A stretch of DNA of 57,981 bases, taken from positions 1 to 57,981 of the forward strand of contig JAVBNP010000037.1 in NCBI GenBank assembly GCA_031551455.1, given 5' to 3'. Made by a program: the position numbers and the translations under genes. Positions 38,982 to 48,234 of the stretch are shown here, one piece after another. This stretch comes from Bacteroidales bacterium. GTDB taxonomy: Bacteria > Bacteroidota > Bacteroidia > Bacteroidales > UBA4181. Each line of letters starts with the position of its first letter. Position 1 is the first letter of the stretch. The notes under the pieces are model-generated. The model saw only the letters and a list, made by a program, of their open reading frames with translations. It was not told where the DNA came from and made no database searches.

Positions 38982-41495
38982 ATGAAAGAGTTGTTTCGCG
39001 ACAAGCAATACGGCATCGGATTGATTTTGGTGTCGGTGAGTTTTTTGATCTATTTATTGGGGTTGAATGTTAAAGAAGAGGGAGAAGCGTTGGGGATATT
39101 CTTCGTTCACTTTATTTTTACGGCGGGATATTGGTTATCCGTCATTATTTCGGCAATCTTTTTTCGCAAGAAGTATCGTTTTTGCCGCGTCTTTCCGGCA
39201 TTGGTGCTGTCGCTGATCAGCGCCTACGCGCTCAATCGATGCATGAATATTTTCGATGCGTCGCCGTTTTGGTTTTCGATCGTATTGGCAACGATTTCGG
39301 CAGCTTGTTTGAGTTTGGCGTTTTTTAAGGAAATGCCCCGACCGTTGCGTTTGGCGGTTTCAGCGATTGTCGGTGCGGGAATGATCGTGTTTCTCTACCT
39401 TGCCGTTTATCTGGTTCCGATTTATCCGATCAGTATGGCGATCTTTTGGGTACTCGGCATTTCGTTGCACGGTTTTGTCCCGTTACTGTTTATTGTTTTT
39501 ATTTCCGTTTGGCTTTACAAATTCGGAACTTATGACAAAAAAGCGTTGTTAAGTACGGCAGCGGGCGCCGGATTCGTGATTGTTTCCGCAACCGTGTTCA
39601 CCGTTCGTTGGGCGCACACCGTCAATTTGATCAACGACACGTATCGGGAAACCTTTGTCGAAGATGATGCCGCGTTTCCCGCTTGGGTGAGGGTGGCGCA
39701 ACGTATCCCGAAAAACAACGTTACCAACAAGGCATTGAAAGTAGGACTCACGTATTTGCTTCCCGATTTCGATTCCAACAATTTCTTTAACTTTAATTTT
39801 CCTTCGCGGTTTACCGAGCCGAAAATACACGATCCGTTTATCGTTACGGCTTGTTTTTTTACCGATGAACCATGCCTCAACGATGAGGAAAAAATCAAGA
39901 TTCTCGAGAGCATTTACGACTGTCGGCAACAAGCAACCGAACGGTTATGGAGCGACGAAGGGATCGAGACGACCTACGTCAATTCATCCGTTCTGATATG
40001 GCCGCAATATCGCACCGCTTACACCGAACAAGTGATCATGGTGCGCAACACAAAATCCCTTTGGCGCGGCGGCGAAGCCGTGTATACGTTTCACCTGCCC
40101 GAAGGTTCGGTGGTAACTTCGCTTTCGTTGTGGATCAACGGCAAGGAGGAAAAAGGAATATTGACCTCCAAAAGTAAAGCCGATTCGGCTTATCGAACCA
40201 TCGTGGGCGTCGAATCGCGCGATCCGTCGTTGGTTCATTGGCAGGAAGGATCCACCGTAAATGTTCGTGTGTTCCCCGTTACCGATAAGGAGGAACGAAC
40301 ATTTAAAATAGGAATTACTTCGCCGTTGAAGAAAACGGATCGACGATTAATATACGAGCCCGTTTATTTTGAGGGAACCGACTTCACGAAAGCGAAAGAA
40401 GTCGCCAAGATTTCGTTCATGCAAACGCCCGAAAATCCGAAATATCCGTCGTTTTTCAAAAAAGAAGGTTCAGAATTATCATCGAAGAAAAAAACAAAGT
40501 ACGACAATCGTTGGACGGTTTCGATGGATGATACGGGTTTGTCCGCCGAACCATTTTGTTTCGACAACCGTTGTTACACGGTTCGGGAAACGAAATCGCG
40601 AGAAATACCGGTTGATATTCGGGATGTTTATTTGGATGTAAACCGATCGTGGTCGAAAGCCGAATTCGATGAGGTGACGGATATTTTCAAAAACAAGAAA
40701 ATACTGATGTATGACGGTCAAGAGATGAAATCGGTAACGGCCGAGAATAAAGATCATTTATATCGGACATTGAAAAACCAAGAGTTTTCGCTTTTCCCCG
40801 TTCATTTGATCGAAAGGCCCGAACAAAGTTTGCTTGTCGGCAAAAGTACGGCGGTGTCGCCTAATCTTTCGGATCTGAAAGATTCCCGATTTTTTGAAAG
40901 TCTCAAAAGAAAAGCTCGTTCGGATCGTGCGGTTTACTTTTTCGATCTCGGCGAAGAATTGTCGCCTTATTTGAAAACGCTTCGAGAATATCGTTTGCTG
41001 CATTATCGGCGGGGCGACGTTGCCGAGTTACGGCGGATGGCGGGGAAGTCGGTTTTCGTGCAAACCTCTCCGGAGGATGATTCGTGTGTGACGGTACATG
41101 ATGCCGAAATCGATATCGTCAAGCAAAGCGATAATATCCGATCGTCCGTTGCTCCCGATCATTTGATGCGTTTGTTTGCATACAACCACATCATGTTTCG
41201 ATATGCCGAAAGTTGGAACACCGCTTCGCCTGTTACCGACGCTTTGGTTTCCGAAGCGCAACAAGCATACGTGGTATCGCCCGTATCGAGTTTGGTGGTG
41301 TTGGAATCGCAGGCGGATTACGATCGGTTTGATATTAAAGATACCGAAAACAGTTTGCACAATGCATCCAAAAGTTCGAAAGGCGCCGTACCCGAGCCTC
41401 ACGAGTGGGCGTTGATGGCAATAGCGGGATTCATTGCGGTATATCTGTATGTTCGCAGAAGAACGACAAAATGTTCCGTGAATTCCGAACGATAG
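38982..41495 (+). CDS. Polytopic membrane protein with a VIT domain and a C-terminal PEP-CTERM-like sorting signal (XrtN-system VIT protein-like)
   Basis: About 200 aa of N-terminal TM helices. A VIT-like region follows (…YTFHLPEGSVVTSLSLWINGKEEKGILTSKSKADSAYRTIVG…VNVRVFPV). The C-terminus is VPEPHEWALMAIAGFIAVYLYVRRR, that is PEP, TM helix, basic cluster. TAG stop. Confidence 0.65.
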   Translation: MKELFRDKQYGIGLILVSVSFLIYLLGLNVKEEGEALGIFFVHFIFTAGYWLSVIISAIFFRKKYRFCRVFPALVLSLISAYALNRCMNIFDASPFWFSIVLATISAACLSLAFFKEMPRPLRLAVSAIVGAGMIVFLYLAVYLVPIYPISMAIFWVLGISLHGFVPLLFIVFISVWLYKFGTYDKKALLSTAAGAGFVIVSATVFTVRWAHTVNLINDTYRETFVEDDAAFPAWVRVAQRIPKNNVTNKALKVGLTYLLPDFDSNNFFNFNFPSRFTEPKIHDPFIVTACFFTDEPCLNDEEKIKILESIYDCRQQATERLWSDEGIETTYVNSSVLIWPQYRTAYTEQVIMVRNTKSLWRGGEAVYTFHLPEGSVVTSLSLWINGKEEKGILTSKSKADSAYRTIVGVESRDPSLVHWQEGSTVNVRVFPVTDKEERTFKIGITSPLKKTDRRLIYEPVYFEGTDFTKAKEVAKISFMQTPENPKYPSFFKKEGSELSSKKKTKYDNRWTVSMDDTGLSAEPFCFDNRCYTVRETKSREIPVDIRDVYLDVNRSWSKAEFDEVTDIFKNKKILMYDGQEMKSVTAENKDHLYRTLKNQEFSLFPVHLIERPEQSLLVGKSTAVSPNLSDLKDSRFFESLKRKARSDRAVYFFDLGEELSPYLKTLREYRLLHYRRGDVAELRRMAGKSVFVQTSPEDDSCVTVHDAEIDIVKQSDNIRSSVAPDHLMRLFAYNHIMFRYAESWNTASPVTDALVSEAQQAYVVSPVSSLVVLESQADYDRFDIKDTENSLHNASKSSKGAVPEPHEWALMAIAGFIAVYLYVRRRTTKCSVNSER

Positions 41496-41513
41496 TTATC
41501 CATATTTTACGCA

Positions 41514-41546
41514 AAACCTAACAGACTTTTAAAACCTGTTAGGTTT
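41514..41546. repeat. REP-like hairpin, same family (copy 4), between the VIT gene and the exosortase gene
   Basis: aaacctaacag-acttttaaaac-ctgttaggttt, perfect 11-bp arms. Confidence 0.75.
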
Positions 41547-41562
41547 CAACTAATTATTCGAC

Positions 41563-43131
41563 ATGAATATTCCCGTACCACTCGAAAAATCGCATCTTGA
41601 CCGAATCGTTTTTGCGGTTTCCGTATTGTCGGTCGGATTGGTTGCCGTGGTTTGTTTGCGCGAGTTTTTGTCGCAACAATTGTTCAACTTGGTATTGGGC
41701 GGCTTGACCGTGCCTTTTGTTCTGCGAATGAATCCCGATAAAAAAGGATCTTATCGATTCGCCGTTGTCGCCTTGTTTTTCATGGCATTATTGTTTTATG
41801 CGCCCGTCAGCACATTGGTTTATTTTTCGTTGATCGCCGTTTTGCTGTTTGCGGCGGAAAATCGATTCGGTCGGGTAAACTTCTTGACCGTGGCGACGGC
41901 GATTTTGACGATGCCGTTATCGACTTATTTGGTCAACATGTTCAGTTTCCCGATTCGACTGCAACTTACGTCGATTTGCGGATCAATTTTTCGAATGGCG
42001 GGAATTCCCGTCGAAACCGCGGGGAACACGTTTACGTATGCGTCTGACGATTTTACGTTTGATCCCGCCTGCATGGGCTTGAATATGTTGATTTCGTCCT
42101 TTCTAGTCGGAATTTTGCTGTTCGGCTTTTATCAAAAGAAATGCAATCGGGAGATGCCCGTTGTGAGCGTGATCGCATATTTGATCATCATTTTATTGCT
42201 GAATATTTTCTCCAATTTGGTCAGAATGATGATATTGGTGTTGTTTCGGGTATTTCCCGACACCGTAACGCATGATGTTGTCGGCATTAGTTGCTTTTTG
42301 GTACAAATTGTATTGCCCGCTTGGGTAATTTGTCGAGTGATGGTGAAAAGGCCCCACCCCCCGAGAGACTGTTCAAAAAGTCTAAAATTACGGCTGGATT
42401 ACAAATTCAGCCGAACGTTATCTTCTGTAGAACAAACTGATAATGTTGAGCGGAATTTGCAATTCCGCTCGAAAATTGACTTTTTGAATAGTTTCGGTTC
42501 GACATGTGCAAGCCATTCGGAAAACGGTCCGAAGTTGTTTCCAAACCGACTTGCCAAAGATGTTGGAAAGAAGAGAGTAGGAGGAAAGGCTTCCCTCGTC
42601 CAAATAATTTGTTGCGTGCTGTTGTGGGTTGTTGCCTTGCAGGTTGCGGAAAAGAAAGAACGCATCGATGTTTCGATATCGGCTGCCGATGTGCCGGGGT
42701 ATACTGCTGCTCCGTTTTCGTACGGAGTCATAAAATTGGAGAATGAAAATTCGTTGGTTTACGTTAAGCAAATTCGTTGGTTTTGCGACACGGAACATAA
42801 TCCGATGGCTTGCTGGAGTGGGAGCGGCTACACGATGTCGCATGTTCGGGAGGCAATATTGGGCAATCTCAACATGTATACCGCCGTTTTGCAAAGAGAC
42901 GATGATGTGTTGTATACCGCTTGGTGGTATGCCAACGGTCAATCGGCCGTCGTCGGACAACTTCAATGGCGTCGAGATATGTTGTTCGGCGCTCCGGCGT
43001 ATTCGTTGATTAACGTAACGACAGCCGATGAGAAAATACTGGAATCCGAAACGGCAAAGATTGCGGAGTTGTTTGCAAAGACAAACGGAAAGATTTTGGA
43101 AGCTCGGTTGATCGGGAGTTGTTCGGATTGA
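41563..43131 (+). CDS. xrtN: Exosortase (XrtN-like) fused to a C-terminal EpsI-like domain
   Basis: Exosortase catalytic signatures FDPACMGLNMLISS (Cys), SNLVRMMILV (Arg) and THDVVG (His). The C-terminal 200 aa have a TM helix plus HNPMACWSGSGY and VLYTAWWYANGQ, which resemble the EpsI/DUF3485 pattern. Confidence 0.6.
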   Translation: MNIPVPLEKSHLDRIVFAVSVLSVGLVAVVCLREFLSQQLFNLVLGGLTVPFVLRMNPDKKGSYRFAVVALFFMALLFYAPVSTLVYFSLIAVLLFAAENRFGRVNFLTVATAILTMPLSTYLVNMFSFPIRLQLTSICGSIFRMAGIPVETAGNTFTYASDDFTFDPACMGLNMLISSFLVGILLFGFYQKKCNREMPVVSVIAYLIIILLLNIFSNLVRMMILVLFRVFPDTVTHDVVGISCFLVQIVLPAWVICRVMVKRPHPPRDCSKSLKLRLDYKFSRTLSSVEQTDNVERNLQFRSKIDFLNSFGSTCASHSENGPKLFPNRLAKDVGKKRVGGKASLVQIICCVLLWVVALQVAEKKERIDVSISAADVPGYTAAPFSYGVIKLENENSLVYVKQIRWFCDTEHNPMACWSGSGYTMSHVREAILGNLNMYTAVLQRDDDVLYTAWWYANGQSAVVGQLQWRRDMLFGAPAYSLINVTTADEKILESETAKIAELFAKTNGKILEARLIGSCSD

Positions 43132-43145
43132 TATTTAATCGGCTT

Positions 43146-43244
43146 TTATTCATAATAAGTGGTTTAATACCCCGACCCTCTGGGTCGGAAACAAAAAAAA
43201 CCTTTGGTCTTGATACCTCGGGGCTCTGCCCTGGGGTTATTCAT
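43146..43244 (+). repeat. 99-bp interspersed element, copy 4
   Basis: Identical by eye to copy 1. It overlaps the 3' end of the minus-strand gene 43164-45578. Confidence 0.9.
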
Positions 43245-45578
43245 TTTCAGTATCAATTCATCCGTTACTTTTACGGTTCCGCTTTTCGAATATCGTTTAT
43301 CCTTCGGGATATTGATCGTGATCGGAATTTCGGTTTTTGCTCGGTATGTGATGATACCGTTTTCTTTTTTCCAATTGATTCGAACGACTTTTCCGGTTCC
43401 GGTAATCGGTATTTTGCCTTCCGCTTCGTTCAAACTTCCCGGATTCAATTGAAAATCGAACGTACATTCTTTGATATCGAATCGGTTTTTCAATCCCAGC
43501 ATGTACCGTGTCAGTTGCCACGTGGGGCAGCCCGACCAATGATGGCAATGGGACCAACGGGTGTCAAATACTTCGATCCATGTGGTTCGATCGTCTTCGA
43601 GCATCCAACCCCAACATTTGCGATATCGATCGAGTACGAAATCCGTCTCGCCTTTTTCGATTAACAACGAAAGAGCAAAATGAAAGAAATAAGGCGTTAT
43701 TAATTGCTTGTCGGCATTTCCGGGATCACTCAACCGCGGGGCGTCGACTTTCTCGGGAAAGCAATTAAGAATATGTTTTTTGATGTATTCGACAGCTTCC
43801 GTTTCGCTTTTTCGGTCGAAAAAACCGTTCGTTAACCCCAAAACGGTACGATGATAACCGATCGTTCCGAAATCGTAATGTCCGTTTGTCGAATGTCGAT
43901 CGTACCATGCACGAATGATGAGGTTGATATCGTTTTCCTTTTGGCGATAAAATACCGCTTCGCGGGTTTTGCCCAAAACATCGCACCATCGGGCCATATC
44001 GCGCAGGGCGGCCGAATAATGAAGATTTAATCCGATATCGACGGGGCCGTCGTTGCGGACATATCCCCAATCGATGAATGCCCAACCCGCTTTGTCGGTC
44101 AACCCATCGGCTGATGTGTGCGTAAACATGTAATCGAGATTCTTTCGAGCGCCGTCGAAAAGATCAATCAAAATCGTTTTATCTCCGGTGAGGCGCCAAT
44201 AATTAAGACAACCGCTTACCCATTGCAACGCAAAGCTCGCCACGTATATGTCGCCTCCGGGGCACATACCCGCTACCAAACCTCCGGGTGAGGCGCATTG
44301 TGCGCTTTGCCGCAACGTACGTCCCACCAAAGCAACATCGGAAAACGCAGCCGCTCCTATTTCGACACCCAAATAAGGAATATCCATCCATTGACCCCGT
44401 TCGCGGGTCGGATTATCGACAACGGCATCTTCCGAGCAGGCTTTGAACGTTTCCGCGCCGACTTGCCAAATGCGATTCAGTAATTCGTCGTTCGTGCGGA
44501 AACTTCCGTCAATGTCGCCGTAATAACAACGTTCGATGAATGTTTCGTCGATGATTTTTATTTGCTCGGGCGGCGCAATAATGTGTATTTCCGCGAAACG
44601 GCCTCCTTTCGGTGTCAACGGGAAAAATTCCTGCACACCGCCCCGTGCCGTGAAATGATCCATGTTGTACGAGTCGCTCGTCGACAACGTAATCCAGGGA
44701 GTGACCCTGCCGTTGTTGAGCGTTTCGGAATACGCAAATTCCACCACCGCTCCGGCGGGTAAATCCAACGTAAACTTGGGACGAATCAATCGTACCCGAC
44801 CCAAATCGTAACGAATCCAAATGCCTTGCGGCGGATTGTCTTTACATTGCAAATCGCGCAAAAAGAAACGTGCGGAGATATTATCGTGCTCGTACCCGAA
44901 TGTTTCGGCAAACACCCCCTTGCCGATGATTTTCGGTTTTACGGGGAAATGTCGCACGTTGGCCGTTGATAACGGTTTTACGTTGCCGATTCGGGGCGTA
45001 ACCGATTCGGGGGTTTCCCATTTGCCGTTGTCGAATGTCGGTTGCATCCAATCTTGTTCCGTCAAGCGGGTATCGAGCCATTCCACCCAACCGAGTTGAG
45101 CGTTGATGCGGCGGAATTGCGATAAATAGCCTTTCAACCGCGTTGCTTTCCAATCGGGGCGAAGCGGATTTCCGTCGACGATTGCTTCACACCAAAAAAA
45201 CGGCGGAATTACCTTGAGCATTCTTGTTTCGACACCTTCCTGATGTACCTGTACGGCAACAATGTTTCGTCCTTTCGGCAATGTCAGTTCGTGTGTTTGA
45301 TATTCGGGATACGATATGTGATAACGGGACGGTCCTTCGGTAAAATAAACACCGTTTACCCAAACCGTAAACCAAGAAGAAGCAAGAAGATTCAATGTGA
45401 CGACAGATTCTTTTTCGAGGCGGATCTCTCCTCTGAAAGCAACGTGATAATCTTTTTCGTCGGGCCGACAGTCGTTGATCCATAAAGCGGACTCCGAATT
45501 TTGAGCGCGAATTGTCGGAAAAAGAAGGATGAAAATCCAGAAGTATTTGATGCGATTCATGTTTCGGAGATGCAACAT
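43164..45578 (-). CDS. Six-hairpin glycoside hydrolase, alpha-L-rhamnosidase (GH78)-like
   Basis: Signal peptide. N-terminal domain pattern SSWFTVWVNGVYF…LPKGRNIVAVQV. DNPTRERGQWMD resembles the GH78 D-x-P-x-RER-x-GW motif. The last 26 codons derive from the repeat. Confidence 0.55.
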   Translation of the reverse strand: MLHLRNMNRIKYFWIFILLFPTIRAQNSESALWINDCRPDEKDYHVAFRGEIRLEKESVVTLNLLASSWFTVWVNGVYFTEGPSRYHISYPEYQTHELTLPKGRNIVAVQVHQEGVETRMLKVIPPFFWCEAIVDGNPLRPDWKATRLKGYLSQFRRINAQLGWVEWLDTRLTEQDWMQPTFDNGKWETPESVTPRIGNVKPLSTANVRHFPVKPKIIGKGVFAETFGYEHDNISARFFLRDLQCKDNPPQGIWIRYDLGRVRLIRPKFTLDLPAGAVVEFAYSETLNNGRVTPWITLSTSDSYNMDHFTARGGVQEFFPLTPKGGRFAEIHIIAPPEQIKIIDETFIERCYYGDIDGSFRTNDELLNRIWQVGAETFKACSEDAVVDNPTRERGQWMDIPYLGVEIGAAAFSDVALVGRTLRQSAQCASPGGLVAGMCPGGDIYVASFALQWVSGCLNYWRLTGDKTILIDLFDGARKNLDYMFTHTSADGLTDKAGWAFIDWGYVRNDGPVDIGLNLHYSAALRDMARWCDVLGKTREAVFYRQKENDINLIIRAWYDRHSTNGHYDFGTIGYHRTVLGLTNGFFDRKSETEAVEYIKKHILNCFPEKVDAPRLSDPGNADKQLITPYFFHFALSLLIEKGETDFVLDRYRKCWGWMLEDDRTTWIEVFDTRWSHCHHWSGCPTWQLTRYMLGLKNRFDIKECTFDFQLNPGSLNEAEGKIPITGTGKVVRINWKKENGIITYRAKTEIPITINIPKDKRYSKSGTVKVTDELILKMNNPRAEPRGIKTKGFFCFRPRGSGY

Positions 45579-45611
45579 TTTCTGTAAATTTAATTGACGA
45601 ACAATTGCCGA

Positions 45612-46085
45612 TCATTCGATCCGTTTGCAATTTTCGTCATACAAACCCGTCAAAATGGTGTTGCCGTGCTTGTCGACCATTAATCCTCCGTATTTGGCTT
45701 TTTCGAATTTTTCCGCACTGCCTTCTTCGAAAAAATAGGATTCGGCGCCGATTTTGTTTCCCCACGATTCATATTTAACGATCGTTTCACCTTCGTTTAC
45801 GGGTCGGTTTTCGGTTTGCATTCGCAAAAAAATCCCCACATGCCGTTCATCCGTCCGCAAAACAAAATATCCTTTTTCGTAAATATCGTTACCCGCCGAA
45901 GCAATACCGTAACGTAAATTCATGTAGTCGCCTTGCATCAACGATCGCGGATCAACCGGAGCCAGTTCGAGCAATACGAGTTGTCCGTTTTTCAACGTAT
46001 TTTCTTTTTGCGCCACCGACCACACGAAATAGGCGAACAACAGAACCAAATTCAGTAATATGATCGTGTTTTTATATCGCTTCAT
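45612..46085 (-). CDS. GDYXXLXY-domain protein (membrane-anchored)
   Basis: N-terminal TM helix and the literal motif QGDYMNLRY. Confidence 0.75.
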   Translation of the reverse strand: MKRYKNTIILLNLVLLFAYFVWSVAQKENTLKNGQLVLLELAPVDPRSLMQGDYMNLRYGIASAGNDIYEKGYFVLRTDERHVGIFLRMQTENRPVNEGETIVKYESWGNKIGAESYFFEEGSAEKFEKAKYGGLMVDKHGNTILTGLYDENCKRIE

Positions 46086-47139
46086 CTTTTTTGATCATTT
46101 TTTGAAACAACATGCGTATTACCAAAAAAAGAATTCCGGAGAAGAACAAGATACCCGATTTGACCAAAAGCGTGATACCGAGATCGTAATAATATTGAAT
46201 GAGCACGTAAATCAAGAGAGCAACGCTCATTGCAAAGGCGGGTTTGTAATTGAATCGGAACGCAAGCAACATCATGAGTAAAGCTCCGGAAACGGCCGGC
46301 GCGTACCATGTGGGCAATAATATCAAAGCGAATACGAGATAAAAAACAATAGCGGCTTTCCGAGACATCGAATCGAATGTTTGCAGGATGCTTCGGAGAA
46401 GCCACATGACGGTTCCCCAAATGCACAACGATAAGATCCAAACATATTGCAACTTCAAATCCAATCGATACGTCAAGGCAACGGCAATCAAACAAACGGC
46501 TGTCGACACGAACATTCCGGCAACCACGGGTTTGAACAGACGATTGGTTTTGGCCGAAAAAGATACCGCAAATGCTTCGGCGGAGCATACGACGGCAAGC
46601 GCTACCGATAAAATAGCGGCAAGCAAATGTATCCACGGAATCGCGTCGTATGTAATGAAAAATCCCGCCAAACCCGCGTTGAAAAGCAATACGGAAATAA
46701 AGACAAGAATATAGTTATCGGTAACGGCCGCGGAAATTAATGCGATCAACAAAAAGAACCAACATATTTGATCCGTGTTGTCGATCATTCCAATGGTCGA
46801 TAGCACGCAACCGATAACAAACATGCTTACCGTTGCCGCATCGAGCACGATGTTTTTGACCAATTTGCTTATTGCCAGCGATGCGGCAATAAACAAAAAT
46901 CCCGTAACCAACATGCCGCTTTCGGAATCGATGATTCCCGCAAGAAAAAGAAAAACCAAAAAAACGATTCCCGCCGCAAAGCCTCCAATAATGGAGAGAA
47001 TCTTGATTCCGATGCCGGTAAAGAGCGCATCGTGTTCGATAACCTCTTTTTCGACGGCTGCTTCATCGCATTGAAATCCTTCGCCGGATGCGGAACGTAT
47101 TTCATCGAGCAATTCGTGTATTTCGTTACTTCGATCCAT
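46072..47139 (-). CDS. Polytopic membrane protein, DUF4401-like
   Basis: 355 aa. A soluble N-terminus of about 45 aa is followed by about 10 TM helices. The family is inferred from the architecture and the known DUF2157-DUF4401-GDYXXLXY gene neighbourhood. Confidence 0.5.
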   Translation of the reverse strand: MDRSNEIHELLDEIRSASGEGFQCDEAAVEKEVIEHDALFTGIGIKILSIIGGFAAGIVFLVFLFLAGIIDSESGMLVTGFLFIAASLAISKLVKNIVLDAATVSMFVIGCVLSTIGMIDNTDQICWFFLLIALISAAVTDNYILVFISVLLFNAGLAGFFITYDAIPWIHLLAAILSVALAVVCSAEAFAVSFSAKTNRLFKPVVAGMFVSTAVCLIAVALTYRLDLKLQYVWILSLCIWGTVMWLLRSILQTFDSMSRKAAIVFYLVFALILLPTWYAPAVSGALLMMLLAFRFNYKPAFAMSVALLIYVLIQYYYDLGITLLVKSGILFFSGILFLVIRMLFQKMIKKDEAI

Positions 47140-48091
47140 GCCAACGTTTGTTTAATCGGATGATTTGCCGTACCGAAAAGGCGATACCGCCGATGATGAA
47201 AACTCCGACAATAAAGGTTGCCGTGATGGGATCGTCAATGATTTTGATGAGCAATGCCGAAAGGATGGCAATAACGGCCGCGGAGATCACCATCGGATAA
47301 AAAGTGTTTTTGGTTTTCAATCCGTAAAACAAACCCAATGTGAAAGCACTCATTGCCAACATTAAAGCGAGAACGAAAAAAGGTCCGCCGGCGTGCCGAT
47401 CGCTGATCCCGACGATGACGGCGAATGTGATAACTGCCGCGGCAAACGGACTTATCGTACGAAGCACCCAACCGGCTTCGGACTTCGATTTTCGTTTTTG
47501 CGAAAGGATTTCGCTAATGATCACATACCCGGCATTGAGTGCAAAAAGAATATCGTACAACAACATCATGTCGCCGTATCCGAGTTGCACTTGATACAAG
47601 ACAATCGTAGTATTAATCAACACCAAAAAGATAAGTCGCAAAGGAGCGAAATTACTTACTGTTACCCAAGCGACAATAAAAATCGTCCAAACGAAAAAGA
47701 GTTGCCAAGCATCGGCCCCGGTTTGATACACTTGTCCGAAAACGGCAAAGAGCGCTCCAACCAATAATGCGGCTCCGGTAAGCACAACGCTTTTAACCGT
47801 TTCGGATGCTTTCGCACGTAAAACAAACAGGATACAACCCGCCAAAAGAACCCCGATGATGCCCATTTTGACGAATTTATGCATGTCGGCCCAATTGTAT
47901 GCGAAAAAAAAGATGATTCCGGAAACGGTAAAACCGATGCCGAGCGCCAACGGGAAAAAATCGAAAAATTTGGTCCATCCTTTTTTTTCGGTGTATACTT
48001 TTTCCCTAAGCATGTCGGCAATACCGGCTTCCGACCAATTGCCGTTGCGACCGACGATGTGTATGAACTCTCTCGTGAGTCGATGTTTCAT
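47126..48091 (-). CDS. Polytopic membrane protein, DUF2157-like
   Basis: 321 aa. A short soluble N-terminus is followed by about 9 TM helices. It is the first gene of the overlapped three-gene operon. Confidence 0.5.
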   Translation of the reverse strand: MKHRLTREFIHIVGRNGNWSEAGIADMLREKVYTEKKGWTKFFDFFPLALGIGFTVSGIIFFFAYNWADMHKFVKMGIIGVLLAGCILFVLRAKASETVKSVVLTGAALLVGALFAVFGQVYQTGADAWQLFFVWTIFIVAWVTVSNFAPLRLIFLVLINTTIVLYQVQLGYGDMMLLYDILFALNAGYVIISEILSQKRKSKSEAGWVLRTISPFAAAVITFAVIVGISDRHAGGPFFVLALMLAMSAFTLGLFYGLKTKNTFYPMVISAAVIAILSALLIKIIDDPITATFIVGVFIIGGIAFSVRQIIRLNKRWHGSK

Positions 48092-48234
48092 GGATGATAT
48101 TTACCGATGATTTAATCGTGTTGTTCGAAGCAAATGTACGTAAAGATTTCATAAAAGCGGCAAGTTCATCGCAATTCGTGCCGATTCGTTTATTTCGGCA
48201 ACGAATGTCGAAATAAACCGACTTCCCGTTTTTT

